Below, piece after piece: positions 20,945 through 29,758 of a DNA stretch of 64,000 bases. The first letter of the stretch is position 1; each line of letters starts with the position of its first letter. The DNA lies in contig CBDBEV010000001.1 of assembly GCA_965204535.1 (NCBI GenBank), positions 288,001 to 352,000 of the forward strand, in the 5' to 3' direction. The translations under genes and the position numbers were made by a program. The DNA is from a bacterium (lineage in GTDB: Bacteria; UBA8248). Below the pieces are notes generated by a model. It was not told the DNA's origin, did not search any database, and saw nothing but the letters and a program-made list of their open reading frames with translations.

Positions 20945-21895
20945 TTGTGTCAAAAACCCGGTATCCTGCAAACAACTATGGCACACATCAAAAAGGAAGT
21001 GGAAATGCACGAAAACATCACTTATTTCAGCGACGGCCTCAAAATCGCCGCGCATCTCTACCGTCCTCCCGACTGGCGGCCCGGCGACCCGCCTCGGCCG
21101 GGAATCGTCTGCGTCACGGGATACAGCGGTCGAAAGAATCTGGCCACGATCGACATGCCCATCCACCTGAGCAAAGCAGGGTTTTTCACTCTCGCGCCCG
21201 ATTATCGCGGCTATGGCGTCAGCGAGGGTGCTCGCGGGCGTCACCGTCCGTTGGAACAAGCCCAGGACACCCACGACGGGATCACCTATCTGCAAACAAT
21301 AGATGGCGTGGATCCTGAGCGAATCGGCCTCTACGGCACCAGTTTTGGCGGTGCGCACGCCATCTGGGTGGCGGCATTCGACGAGCGGGTGAAGGCGACC
21401 GTCTCCGCCGTGGGAGTGCACGACGGCGAACGCTGGCTGAGAGCATTGAGGAGGCCTTATGAGTGGCTCGCCTTCAAGTCCCGAATCCAGGAAGCCGCCC
21501 GGAAGCGCGTGACCACCAATGAGCGGGAAACGATTATCCGCCACGACATTTACAGCGACGACCCGGACAACCCCAAACCACCGATGACGCTGGAGGAGCA
21601 CGGCTCCGAGGAAGTGCTCGAACTCGACCTCGAAAGCGTGGAGGCGTGTTTTCGATATCGCCCCGAATGGGTGGCCGGGAAAATCTCGCCCAGGCCCGTC
21701 TTGTTCATCTACGGGGAAGAAGACGTCATGGTTTCCCCCTCCGAGGCGCACGCCTGCTACGCGGCCTGTGGAGAACCCAAGAAAATCGTCATGCTTCCCA
21801 GGGGACGCCACAACGACATCTATCAAGTGAACAACCCCGAACTCTTCGAGACGGCCTTGAAGGAAACGACGGCCTGGTTCCGGGGGCATTTATAG
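20945..21895 (+). CDS. Alpha/beta hydrolase
   Basis: DYRGYGVSEG, nucleophile elbow GTSFGG, G.ED.MV, GRHND; start may be ATG near 21006. Confidence 0.88.
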   Translation: MCQKPGILQTTMAHIKKEVEMHENITYFSDGLKIAAHLYRPPDWRPGDPPRPGIVCVTGYSGRKNLATIDMPIHLSKAGFFTLAPDYRGYGVSEGARGRHRPLEQAQDTHDGITYLQTIDGVDPERIGLYGTSFGGAHAIWVAAFDERVKATVSAVGVHDGERWLRALRRPYEWLAFKSRIQEAARKRVTTNERETIIRHDIYSDDPDNPKPPMTLEEHGSEEVLELDLESVEACFRYRPEWVAGKISPRPVLFIYGEEDVMVSPSEAHACYAACGEPKKIVMLPRGRHNDIYQVNNPELFETALKETTAWFRGHL

Positions 21896-21936
21896 GATTC
21901 GCAGGTAAATCAAGCACATAGGAGGTGATACGAAAC

Positions 21937-22644
21937 ATGGGCGCCACGCTGATATTTCATGGACAATCGACGTTTCTGGTCAAAACCGACGGGGGCAAGA
22001 CCATCTACATCGACCCCTGGCTGGAGAAAAACCCCGTCTGCCCGCCTGAACTCAAAACACCCCAGAAGGCGGACCTCATCTGCCTCACGCACGGCCATTT
22101 CGACCATACGGGCGACGTGATTCCCGTTTTCGAGGCGAATCCATGCCCCGTGGCGGGCCACATGGACCTCATCCGCACCATCGGCGCCGAATACGACCTG
22201 GGCACCCACGCCACCCCCATGGGAAAGGACGGCACGGTCGATTTCGGCGGCGTCCAGCTCACGCTCACCCACGCCTTTCACGGGGGCGCCTACGGGCCGG
22301 AACTGAAATACACCGGCGAGCCCTGCGGTCTGATTCTCACCTTCGAGGACGGCAAACGCCTCTATCATGCGGGGGATACGGCCGTTTTCGGCGACATGCG
22401 CATCATCGCCGAACTCTACACGCCCGATCTGTGCTGCCTGCCCATAGGCGACAGGGCCACCATGGGCGCGCGGCAGGCGGCGCTGGCCTGTGAACTGCTC
22501 GAAGCCAAGCGCGTCGTGCCCATCCACCACTCGAGCCTGCCCCACCTGACGGGAACGCCCGAGGCGTTCATCGAGGAGGTTAGGAAGAGGGGCCTCGATA
22601 CGGAAATCATCGTCCTGAAGCCGGGGGAGAGCGTAACGCTCTGA
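21937..22644 (+). CDS. Metallo-beta-lactamase-fold hydrolase (UPF0173/YtkL-like)
   Basis: IDPW, THGHFDH, YHAGDT..FGDM, LPIGD..TMG, PIH. Confidence 0.92.
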   Translation: MGATLIFHGQSTFLVKTDGGKTIYIDPWLEKNPVCPPELKTPQKADLICLTHGHFDHTGDVIPVFEANPCPVAGHMDLIRTIGAEYDLGTHATPMGKDGTVDFGGVQLTLTHAFHGGAYGPELKYTGEPCGLILTFEDGKRLYHAGDTAVFGDMRIIAELYTPDLCCLPIGDRATMGARQAALACELLEAKRVVPIHHSSLPHLTGTPEAFIEEVRKRGLDTEIIVLKPGESVTL

Positions 22645-22655
22645 TTTAGCTTGAC

Positions 22656-23099
22656 TTAATCGCTCGGCCGCTCGATGAGTTCGAGCGTGTTGCCGTCGGG
22701 ATCCTCGAGATAGACGACGAAGCCGCCCTTGTTGGGTCCCTGCGTGACGGGCACGGGCGGCGAGACGAACCGCACCCCCCTGGGCTTGAGCGCCTCGTAC
22801 ATCCCGTTGAGATCATTCACGTTATAGGCGATGTGCGCGCTGCCCACGTTGTTCGTGGCCGTGTCTATCTTAACGCCCGGCGCGCCCACGTATTCGACCA
22901 GTTCGATGTTGTATTCGCCGCCCCGGATGTAGATGATGCGAAGGTCGGCGCCTGCGATGCCGGTCACCTTCTCGCTGTAGTCCCGGGGCCGGGTTTCATC
23001 GGAAAGTATCGTAAAATCAAGGGTTTCGCAGTACCATTGGGCAATCGCCCGAGCGTCGGACACCGTGAAACTCGTATGGTTGATGCTCACAAGACCCAT
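22656..23099 (-). CDS. VOC/glyoxalase-family protein
   Basis: NHTSFTVSD, IELVEY, HIAYNV.D, YLEDPDGNTLELIE. Confidence 0.9.
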   Translation of the reverse strand: MGLVSINHTSFTVSDARAIAQWYCETLDFTILSDETRPRDYSEKVTGIAGADLRIIYIRGGEYNIELVEYVGAPGVKIDTATNNVGSAHIAYNVNDLNGMYEALKPRGVRFVSPPVPVTQGPNKGGFVVYLEDPDGNTLELIERPSD

Positions 23100-23356
23100 C
23101 TCGCGCCTCCTTTTGCGCCATCGGTTCGGAAACGTACGCCCCCTCGCTTCGCCAATTTTCCAGGCGCAATTATGGCATATCGCCGTATTTAATTTTTAGA
23201 AATTTATCAGACACGTTCATAATTTAGCTCTATAGACAATGATACTATCTGATACTCTCAGGTATGATAAATTGCTGTATTAAAAGCGGTAATTATCATA
23301 CTTTCTTTTTCGCCTCCTCTTGTATTTACGTCATATTTACGCCATAGCGGACGCAT

Positions 23357-23390
23357 GTTTGATGCCGGACGTATGCGATTTGATTACGGA
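23357..23390 (+). promoter_or_regulatory. Conserved motif upstream of integrase (copy 1)
   Basis: GTTTGATGCCGGACGTATGCGATTTGATTACGGA, 30/34 identical to 57864-57897. Confidence 0.55.
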
Positions 23391-23435
23391 TCGTTCATAT
23401 CCTCCGGCCCGAGGCACGATTTCCGGGGAGTACCC

Positions 23436-24605
23436 ATGCCGAAAAGAAGGGAACGCAAGCTTACCAAACGTGTCGTCGACGCGCTATCCGCCGAGAAGGA
23501 CGACGCCGTCTTCTGGGACCGGGAGCTCACGGGCTTCGGGGTGCGGGTCTACCCCACCGGCTCAAAAGTCTACGTCGCCCAGGCGCGGGGGCCTAAGGGA
23601 CCCAAACGGGTGGCGGTGGGCCGCCACGGGGTGATCCATGCGGAGGAGGCCAAGAAGCGCGCGGCGCTCGTCATCGCGCGAATCAAGGCGGGCGAGGAGG
23701 CGGTTCCCGAACCGATCAAGCCCGCCTGTGGCCCCACCGTGGCCGAACTCGCGAAACGCTATCTCGCCGAATACGTTTCGGTGCGGTGCAAGCCGCGCAC
23801 CGTGAAGACGCTCCGCTCCGTGGTCGGCAGGAACATCGTCCCGGCGCTGGGAAAGCTGCCTCTCGCATCGGTCGAGCGCGCCCACGTCGCGCAAATACAC
23901 CAGAGACTGAGCGCCACGCCCGCGGCGGCGAACCATGCCGTCCGGGCGCTGTCCGCGATGTACCGCTTGGCAGAGGAGTGGGGCATGGTTCCAGAGAGGA
24001 CGAACCCGTGCCGCGCCATCGCCGAATACCCGGTCGGCCGCCGGGAACGCTTCCTCACCGAGGCGGAATTCATGCGCCTGGGAAAGGCGCTCGACCAGGT
24101 CGAGACGGAGGGCGGCGCGTCGGCGAGCGCGGTGGCCGCCATCCGTCTCCTGATGGTGACCGGGTGCCGGAAGTCCGAGATCCTCACGCTGCGCTGGGAG
24201 GAGGTGGCGCTCGATCAAGCGGAACTACGGCTCTCAGACTCCAAGACAGGCGCGCGGGTCGTTTCGCTCTCGGAGCCCGCGGTGAAACTCCTCGCCGCTC
24301 TGCCGCGCACCCCCGGGGTCCCCTGGGTGCTCCCCGGCAGGAAGCCGGGCACGCACCTCCGGAAGCTCGACGACGCCTGGCAGGTCGTCCGCTCGCGCGC
24401 GGGGCTCGCCGACGTGCGTCTCCATGACCTGCGCCATTCGTTCGCCTCGCGCGCCCTGGCGCTGGGCGAGGGACTCACCGTGATAGGCAAACTCCTGGGC
24501 CACGCGAGGATCGAGACCACCTCGCGCTACGCGCACCTCGCGCGCGACTCGGCGCAGGAGGCGGCCGGGCGGGTCGCCGCGAGCATCGCCGAAGACATGC
24601 TTTAG
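23436..24605 (+). CDS. Tyrosine recombinase/integrase with arm-binding (DUF4102-like) domain
   Basis: FWD.EL.GFGVRV N-terminus; catalytic TGCR, DSKTG, HDLRH, LLGH, TSRY. Confidence 0.95.
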   Translation: MPKRRERKLTKRVVDALSAEKDDAVFWDRELTGFGVRVYPTGSKVYVAQARGPKGPKRVAVGRHGVIHAEEAKKRAALVIARIKAGEEAVPEPIKPACGPTVAELAKRYLAEYVSVRCKPRTVKTLRSVVGRNIVPALGKLPLASVERAHVAQIHQRLSATPAAANHAVRALSAMYRLAEEWGMVPERTNPCRAIAEYPVGRRERFLTEAEFMRLGKALDQVETEGGASASAVAAIRLLMVTGCRKSEILTLRWEEVALDQAELRLSDSKTGARVVSLSEPAVKLLAALPRTPGVPWVLPGRKPGTHLRKLDDAWQVVRSRAGLADVRLHDLRHSFASRALALGEGLTVIGKLLGHARIETTSRYAHLARDSAQEAAGRVAASIAEDML

Positions 24606-24851
24606 GAAAACCCTCCGGAACACATCGCGCCTGTAGCGGCCGGACACCGGCCTGCGAAAGCTTTCCCTCCCCGGTGCGGGACGACCTCGAAGAGTGGTCG
24701 TCACTTGACTCCTTCTTCAGTCGGGAAAGCGCTGCACAAATGAGGATCTCGAATATTTCCGGCGGGAGACCGGCGCCGCCATGGCGCGATCGGGTGGCAC
24801 GGCCCGATCCGCGCATTGAGCGGTTATACGCAGGCCGATGACGGCGAGGCG

Positions 24852-25253
24852 CTATTCGTCGAAGTGGTAGTCGACCTGGTCGAAGCGGTCACGTGCGAAC
24901 GAGAATACCAGGATGAGCGGTTCCGCGCCGGTGCAGTGCAACGTGTGCCTGGCATTGGGCGGAATATAGGCGGCCCATCCGGGCCCGACGTCGGCCGCAC
25001 GGTCATCGATTTCCATGCGCCCGCGCCCCTGCACGATGTAATAGGTCTCTTCCGGCCCGTGGTGATGCAGCAAGAGCCGCTCGCCCGGCGGGATCTCCGC
25101 GATGCCGGTGACGAGCCCGGCGCTCCCCGTGCGTTCGCCCGCGGTCAGGAGTTTCCAGCGGATGGCGCTGCGCGTGGCGACATCGGCATCCTCCCACCCT
25201 TCCCAGGGCAAATCCGCCTGATCGATGATGACGGGCCGCGTGTGAATTCTCAT
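24852..25253 (-). CDS. Cupin protein, DddK/DddW-like DMSP lyase candidate
   Basis: IRWKLL, GL..GIAEIPPG..L.LHHH.PEETYY, YIPPNARH, FARDRFDQVDYHF. Confidence 0.75.
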   Translation of the reverse strand: MRIHTRPVIIDQADLPWEGWEDADVATRSAIRWKLLTAGERTGSAGLVTGIAEIPPGERLLLHHHGPEETYYIVQGRGRMEIDDRAADVGPGWAAYIPPNARHTLHCTGAEPLILVFSFARDRFDQVDYHFDE

Positions 25254-26354
25254 CGTGATTCGCCCTTTCTTCGGCGCCGGGCACAACGGCGGCGGGAAGT
25301 CTTGCTGAACCCGAAGCGGCCGCTGCAAAGACTTCCTTCGCGCATTTGCCGTCCCGCCGGCAGCAGCACCGGTCCCGCCGAAGCGGCGCAGGCGGACGAA
25401 ACAAATGTGAGTCGGGATGACAAGGATTGCAACTGATTTCCGGGAAATTTCCTGATTTTCCAGGCAATTTATGATTATTTTTTCTCGAGAGGCTCGCGTT
25501 CCGCCCCCGCCGCGAGCAGGCGGCGCACCCGTGCGCTCAGGCTGTTCCCGTCGTTTCGGTTCATATGCGTCTCTCCTTCGCGTTCGAACCTTCGCCCCGA
25601 TCGATCCTCCGGCGTCATGCGAGCAGGGGCGCCCATCGCCCGCTTTCAGGAGAAAAATAAGGCAAAAAAGCTCGTTTGCAAGCGTTTTTTATATCCAGTT
25701 CCCTGCGCTCGCGCGCCATACGCGGACTCGCATACGACCGGCTACGCGGGGGTGGGATAAAAAATTTTTCCGCAGCGCGCCTCGCCCAAGCCCCGCGCCG
25801 GCGAGAGGCAGAGCCGGGCCGGGAGGGGGCGGCGGAAGAACGTCCGGGAGAGGACGTTCTCCGCCTTCCCGACCACCCACAGCAAGGAGGCGCGCAATGC
25901 GGTCCGTGCGCCGCGCTCGAAGAAGGACGCGCTCCAAAGAAGAACGCCGCGAGCCGGGCGCGCTACGCAAAAAGGCGTGCGCAGAGGCTCTGCGTGGACT
26001 GTGGCCGGCCGGCTGGCCTTGCGAGCGTATTGCCCCCGTTTTTCGGCTGCCGGAGAGGAAGGGGAGGAACACGAATGAGAAATCGCGTAGAGAGAGCCCG
26101 CAGGCTCTTGCAGCCTGTGGGCGGAATCCGCTACAGTCCGTCATCCGAAGAGGCTGGCAAGAGCGCGCAGCGCCGTCCGGCGCACCAGGCGGAGCCCGCC
26201 CCGGGTTTATCGCAATTCGGCGTTATCCTTTCCAGGTTTTTCTACAGAATTCTGCTATTATGGAAAGTCTACCAAAACGATGACCGGAGGAATGGTTGAG
26301 CCTTCCAGAAGGCGGCATGGCAATGGCAGGACGTAAAAAGTTTTTGGCGAATTC

Positions 26355-28865
26355 GTGATGTGCGACCGATCCGGGAGCGCAAACGGCTCCAAAGCCGCGT
26401 TCACGTCGAACCGGGCCCTGATTTGCGCGATTGTCGTTTGCATGACGTTCGTCCTCACGAACTGCGGCGGCGGGGGCGGAAGGGCCAGAATGCAGCCGCT
26501 GGCCTGTCCGCTCGGGCAGGTCGGGACGCCCCCGAACTGCAGCGTACCGCCGCCACAGCCGCCGGCCTGCCCGCCGGGTCAAGTCGGGACGCCTCCGAAC
26601 TGCACCGCACCGCCGCCTCAGCCGCCGCCACAGCCTAAGCAGGGATGCATCCCGCTTCACGACGGGACTTGCGCCTCAATCGGGGATTTCGATATCGAGG
26701 CGCAGCGGCTCGCCGGGGAATACCGCCTGGAGGGTCCCTTCAGGAACCAGTGGGGTCTGGGGACCATCGGCGCGGATTCGGCCTACGCCCACGTGAACCT
26801 GCTCAAGGGTGAAAACGTCGAGCCCGGCGCCGGGGTGACCATCGGCTTCATTGACTCGGGCATCGATCAGGACCACCCGATGTTCCGGGGCAAGACGGTT
26901 ACCGAAGTGTTCCTGAGCGACGCGGCGGACGAGACGGGTGCTGCAGGGTATTCCCACGGCACGGCCGTCGCGAGCGTCGCCGCCGGCGTTCACGCGCCCT
27001 CCGACTCCACCTCCCCGCAGGGCGTTGCGCCGGGCGCCGACATCGCCATGTTCGCCATTACTCTTGGAAGCGCAGGCGATACGTACGCCCCCATCTCGCT
27101 GACTGACCTGGCGGACGAGGACGCCACGTTCGCGTCGGAAATCAATCAGGCCCTGGCGTGGCGAAACGGCCAAAAGCGCGTCGACATCCTGAACCTGAGC
27201 ATCGGATACGAGGGTCTCATCGACTTCTACAGCGAAGCCGAACTCCGCGCCAACTACGGGCAGGCGATCGCCGCCATGGCGCAGGCGGGAGCCTCCGAGA
27301 AGGCGATACTCGTCTGGGCGGCCGGCAACGCCCACGGATACCCGTGCGACCCGGCCGTCGTGACGAGCAACTGTGTCGCAGTGGAGCCCCCTCCTCAGGA
27401 CGCCTTCACCGGAGGCTCGGTGGATCCCCCTCCTCAAGGTTCTCAAGGCACCATCGACGCCGTATCGGTCGAGCTTCTGGCGGGTCTCGCCGCGCGGGTC
27501 GAGGAACTCAGGGGACATACCGTCGCCGTCGTGGCGCTGGGACCCGGCGATGAGAGGGTCGCCGACTTCTCCAACCGCTGCGGCATCGCGGCGGATTACT
27601 GCCTCGCGGCGCCGGGGCAAAGAGTCAATGCCGCCTATTTCGGGCCCGACCCCGACGACGACACCAGGGCGGCTCGGGGCATCGCCCCGAACCTGAGCGG
27701 CACGTCCTTCGCCGCGCCGTTCGTGGCCGGCGGGCTCGCGATCATGAAACAACTCTTCCGGGATCAGCTCTCGAACACGGAACTGGTCACCCGCCTCTTC
27801 GAGACCGCCGACGATACCGGCGTCTACTCGGACAGAGCCGTCTACGGCCGCGGCAAGCTCGACCTCGCCGCCGCCACGCACCCGGTGGGCGTCCTGGACG
27901 TTCCCCTCGGCACGAACGCGAACCGGGCCGGGAACAGCCTGCACACGACGCGCCTGCGCCTCGGAGCCCCGCTCGGGAACGGACTCGCGCGCGCTGTCGC
28001 GAACCGTGAAATCATGGCCCTGGACGATCTGGGCGCGCCGTTCTGGTACAGGCTGGGCGATTTCGTGGCGACGGCGCAGGGTCCGCCGGTGGACGCGAGA
28101 GTGAGGGGCTTCCTGGCGGATACAGCGGGCGGCTCCTCACGCAGATCGGGGGTAAGGGTTCAGGGTATTTCGACAGAAAACGGCGGCGGCCACCTCTCTC
28201 TGATGGAGGGGGGGATGATGACGACGCTCGAAGGCCGGGCGGGGTTTTCCGCTTCCGTGTTCGGGACGAATCAGGAGCATGACGCGGTGGGCGGGGCGCT
28301 CGGCTGGCGGCCGGAAGGTTCTCCTCTCGGACTTCGCCTCGGCTGGATTGGAGAGGATGAGACCATTCTGGGGGGCGAAGGCCGAGGCGCTTTCGGAGCC
28401 CTGGCGGCGGACACCGCCTTCGTGCGCGTCGAGGGAGACGTGAGGCTCGGCGCGTGGCGTCTCGGGGCGGGCGCGGAATGGGGGCGCGTACGGCCCAGGG
28501 CGCGGGGCGGAATCATCGAGGAGGTCTCGCCGATGACGACCAGCGCGTTCGCCCTGCACGCGCGCGCCGCCGTTACCGATAAGGACACCGTGCGCTTCTC
28601 CCTGGCGCAGCCCCTGCGCGTCGAGGACGGCCGGGCGTCGCTGACGCTTCCGGTGGCGCGAACCAAGCTCGGCAGGGTGCTGCACGCATCGCTCGCCTCG
28701 CCCCTCGCGCCCGATGAGCGCCAGATCGACCTGGCCGCCACCTGGGAGAGGCCGCTGGCGGACGGGCGGCTGCGCCTCGGCGTCGTCTGGAGCCGGAACC
28801 CCGGCCACAGCGGCGCCGCCGGACCGAGGCTCACCTTCCTCGCCGGCTGGCGGCGGGCGTTCTGA
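26355..28865 (+). CDS. S8 subtilase-family protease, probably lipid-anchored, with C-terminal beta-barrel
   Basis: LTNCGGGGG lipobox-like, Pro/Cys repeats, IDSG, SHGTAVA, AAGN, GTSFAAP; barrel-like C-terminus ending W..AF. Confidence 0.88.
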   Translation: MMCDRSGSANGSKAAFTSNRALICAIVVCMTFVLTNCGGGGGRARMQPLACPLGQVGTPPNCSVPPPQPPACPPGQVGTPPNCTAPPPQPPPQPKQGCIPLHDGTCASIGDFDIEAQRLAGEYRLEGPFRNQWGLGTIGADSAYAHVNLLKGENVEPGAGVTIGFIDSGIDQDHPMFRGKTVTEVFLSDAADETGAAGYSHGTAVASVAAGVHAPSDSTSPQGVAPGADIAMFAITLGSAGDTYAPISLTDLADEDATFASEINQALAWRNGQKRVDILNLSIGYEGLIDFYSEAELRANYGQAIAAMAQAGASEKAILVWAAGNAHGYPCDPAVVTSNCVAVEPPPQDAFTGGSVDPPPQGSQGTIDAVSVELLAGLAARVEELRGHTVAVVALGPGDERVADFSNRCGIAADYCLAAPGQRVNAAYFGPDPDDDTRAARGIAPNLSGTSFAAPFVAGGLAIMKQLFRDQLSNTELVTRLFETADDTGVYSDRAVYGRGKLDLAAATHPVGVLDVPLGTNANRAGNSLHTTRLRLGAPLGNGLARAVANREIMALDDLGAPFWYRLGDFVATAQGPPVDARVRGFLADTAGGSSRRSGVRVQGISTENGGGHLSLMEGGMMTTLEGRAGFSASVFGTNQEHDAVGGALGWRPEGSPLGLRLGWIGEDETILGGEGRGAFGALAADTAFVRVEGDVRLGAWRLGAGAEWGRVRPRARGGIIEEVSPMTTSAFALHARAAVTDKDTVRFSLAQPLRVEDGRASLTLPVARTKLGRVLHASLASPLAPDERQIDLAATWERPLADGRLRLGVVWSRNPGHSGAAGPRLTFLAGWRRAF

Positions 28866-28984
28866 GCGGTCGACGCGCCGCGCAATGCCCGGTTCCTTGC
28901 AGCCATCTTTGAAAAACCGGACCAGGAAAGGTCGAATGCCCGGCGGCCCGGTACCCCAGGGATCCAGGGAAGGAGACGCGCACC

Positions 28985-29085
28985 ATGAAGTACAAGATCG
29001 TTCTTCACCGTTCCTGGGAAGGTTGCAGCGTGCGGGCGCCGGGTCTGCCGGGTTACCGCTCGCAGGGAGAAACGGAACCCGGGGC
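28985..29085 (+). pseudogene. HicB-family antitoxin N-terminal remnant
   Basis: MKYKIVLHRSWEGCSVRAPGLPGYRSQGETE resembles HicB (V.VP.LPGC.SQG.T.EEA) with a good RBS, then breaks off. Confidence 0.6.
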
Positions 29086-29094
29086 GTCCTTCGC

Positions 29095-29165
29095 CACCAT
29101 CCGTCTTCGCCGTTCGCAGCCGGATCGGGGCGAAGGTCGACTCGATGGGGTTCGTCGTATAAAGG
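29095..29165 (-). mobile_element. IS256-family transposase scrap
   Basis: LYTTNPIESTFAPIRLRTAKT matches the IS256 TTN.IES..R.RT catalytic-E region. Confidence 0.6.
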
Positions 29166-29175
29166 AATCCTTTCC

Positions 29176-29758
29176 ATGCTTCGTCATCTTCGTCTGATTG
29201 GCGTCTTTCTTCTCGTACTGGGACTCGCCGGGAGCGCATGGGCGCAGAGTTTCAGCAATGTCGTCGTGTTCGGCGACAGCCTGGACGATTCGGGCAACGC
29301 GGCCGCAGGACCAGGGCTTCCGCTTCCCCCCGGCACCGGCTTCACCACGAACCCGAACCCCGTCTGGGCTGAGATCGTCGCAGAGGCTTATGGCGCATCG
29401 GGCGCGTACTCGCTCGCGGGCGGGACGAACTACGCCTTCGCCGGGGCGTGCATGAACCCGGCCACGTCCTGCGACCAGGATGCCGCACCGACGTTGACGG
29501 AGCAGATCGAAATGCACCTCGCCGCACGCGGCGGCAGCTTCGACCCGAACGCGCTCTATACCATCCGGGGTGGTTTGAACGATATCGTCGATACCGCTCC
29601 GAGTAATCCGTCCACTGCGCTCGGCCACGTTATCGCGGCCGCGGACGTGAACGCCGCGCGAATCAGGCGGCTCCGCGATGCCGGCGCCCGTCACGACGTG
29701 GAGTTCAACATACCAGACACCTCTATGGCGCTTTTCGCCGTCGCCGTCGCCACTGTCG
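29176..29758 (+). pseudogene. Truncated GDSL/SGNH esterase (EstA-like N-terminus) interrupted by IS1182
   Basis: Signal peptide, VVFGDSLDDSGN, FTTNP.PVW, GTNYAFAGA, GGLND; no block V DxxH. Confidence 0.8.

Noticed and set aside
25860-26030. Cys-rich fragment CGPC..RARYAKRRAQRLCVDCG
   Set aside because: May be a decayed mobile-element gene, but no credible start or family assignment
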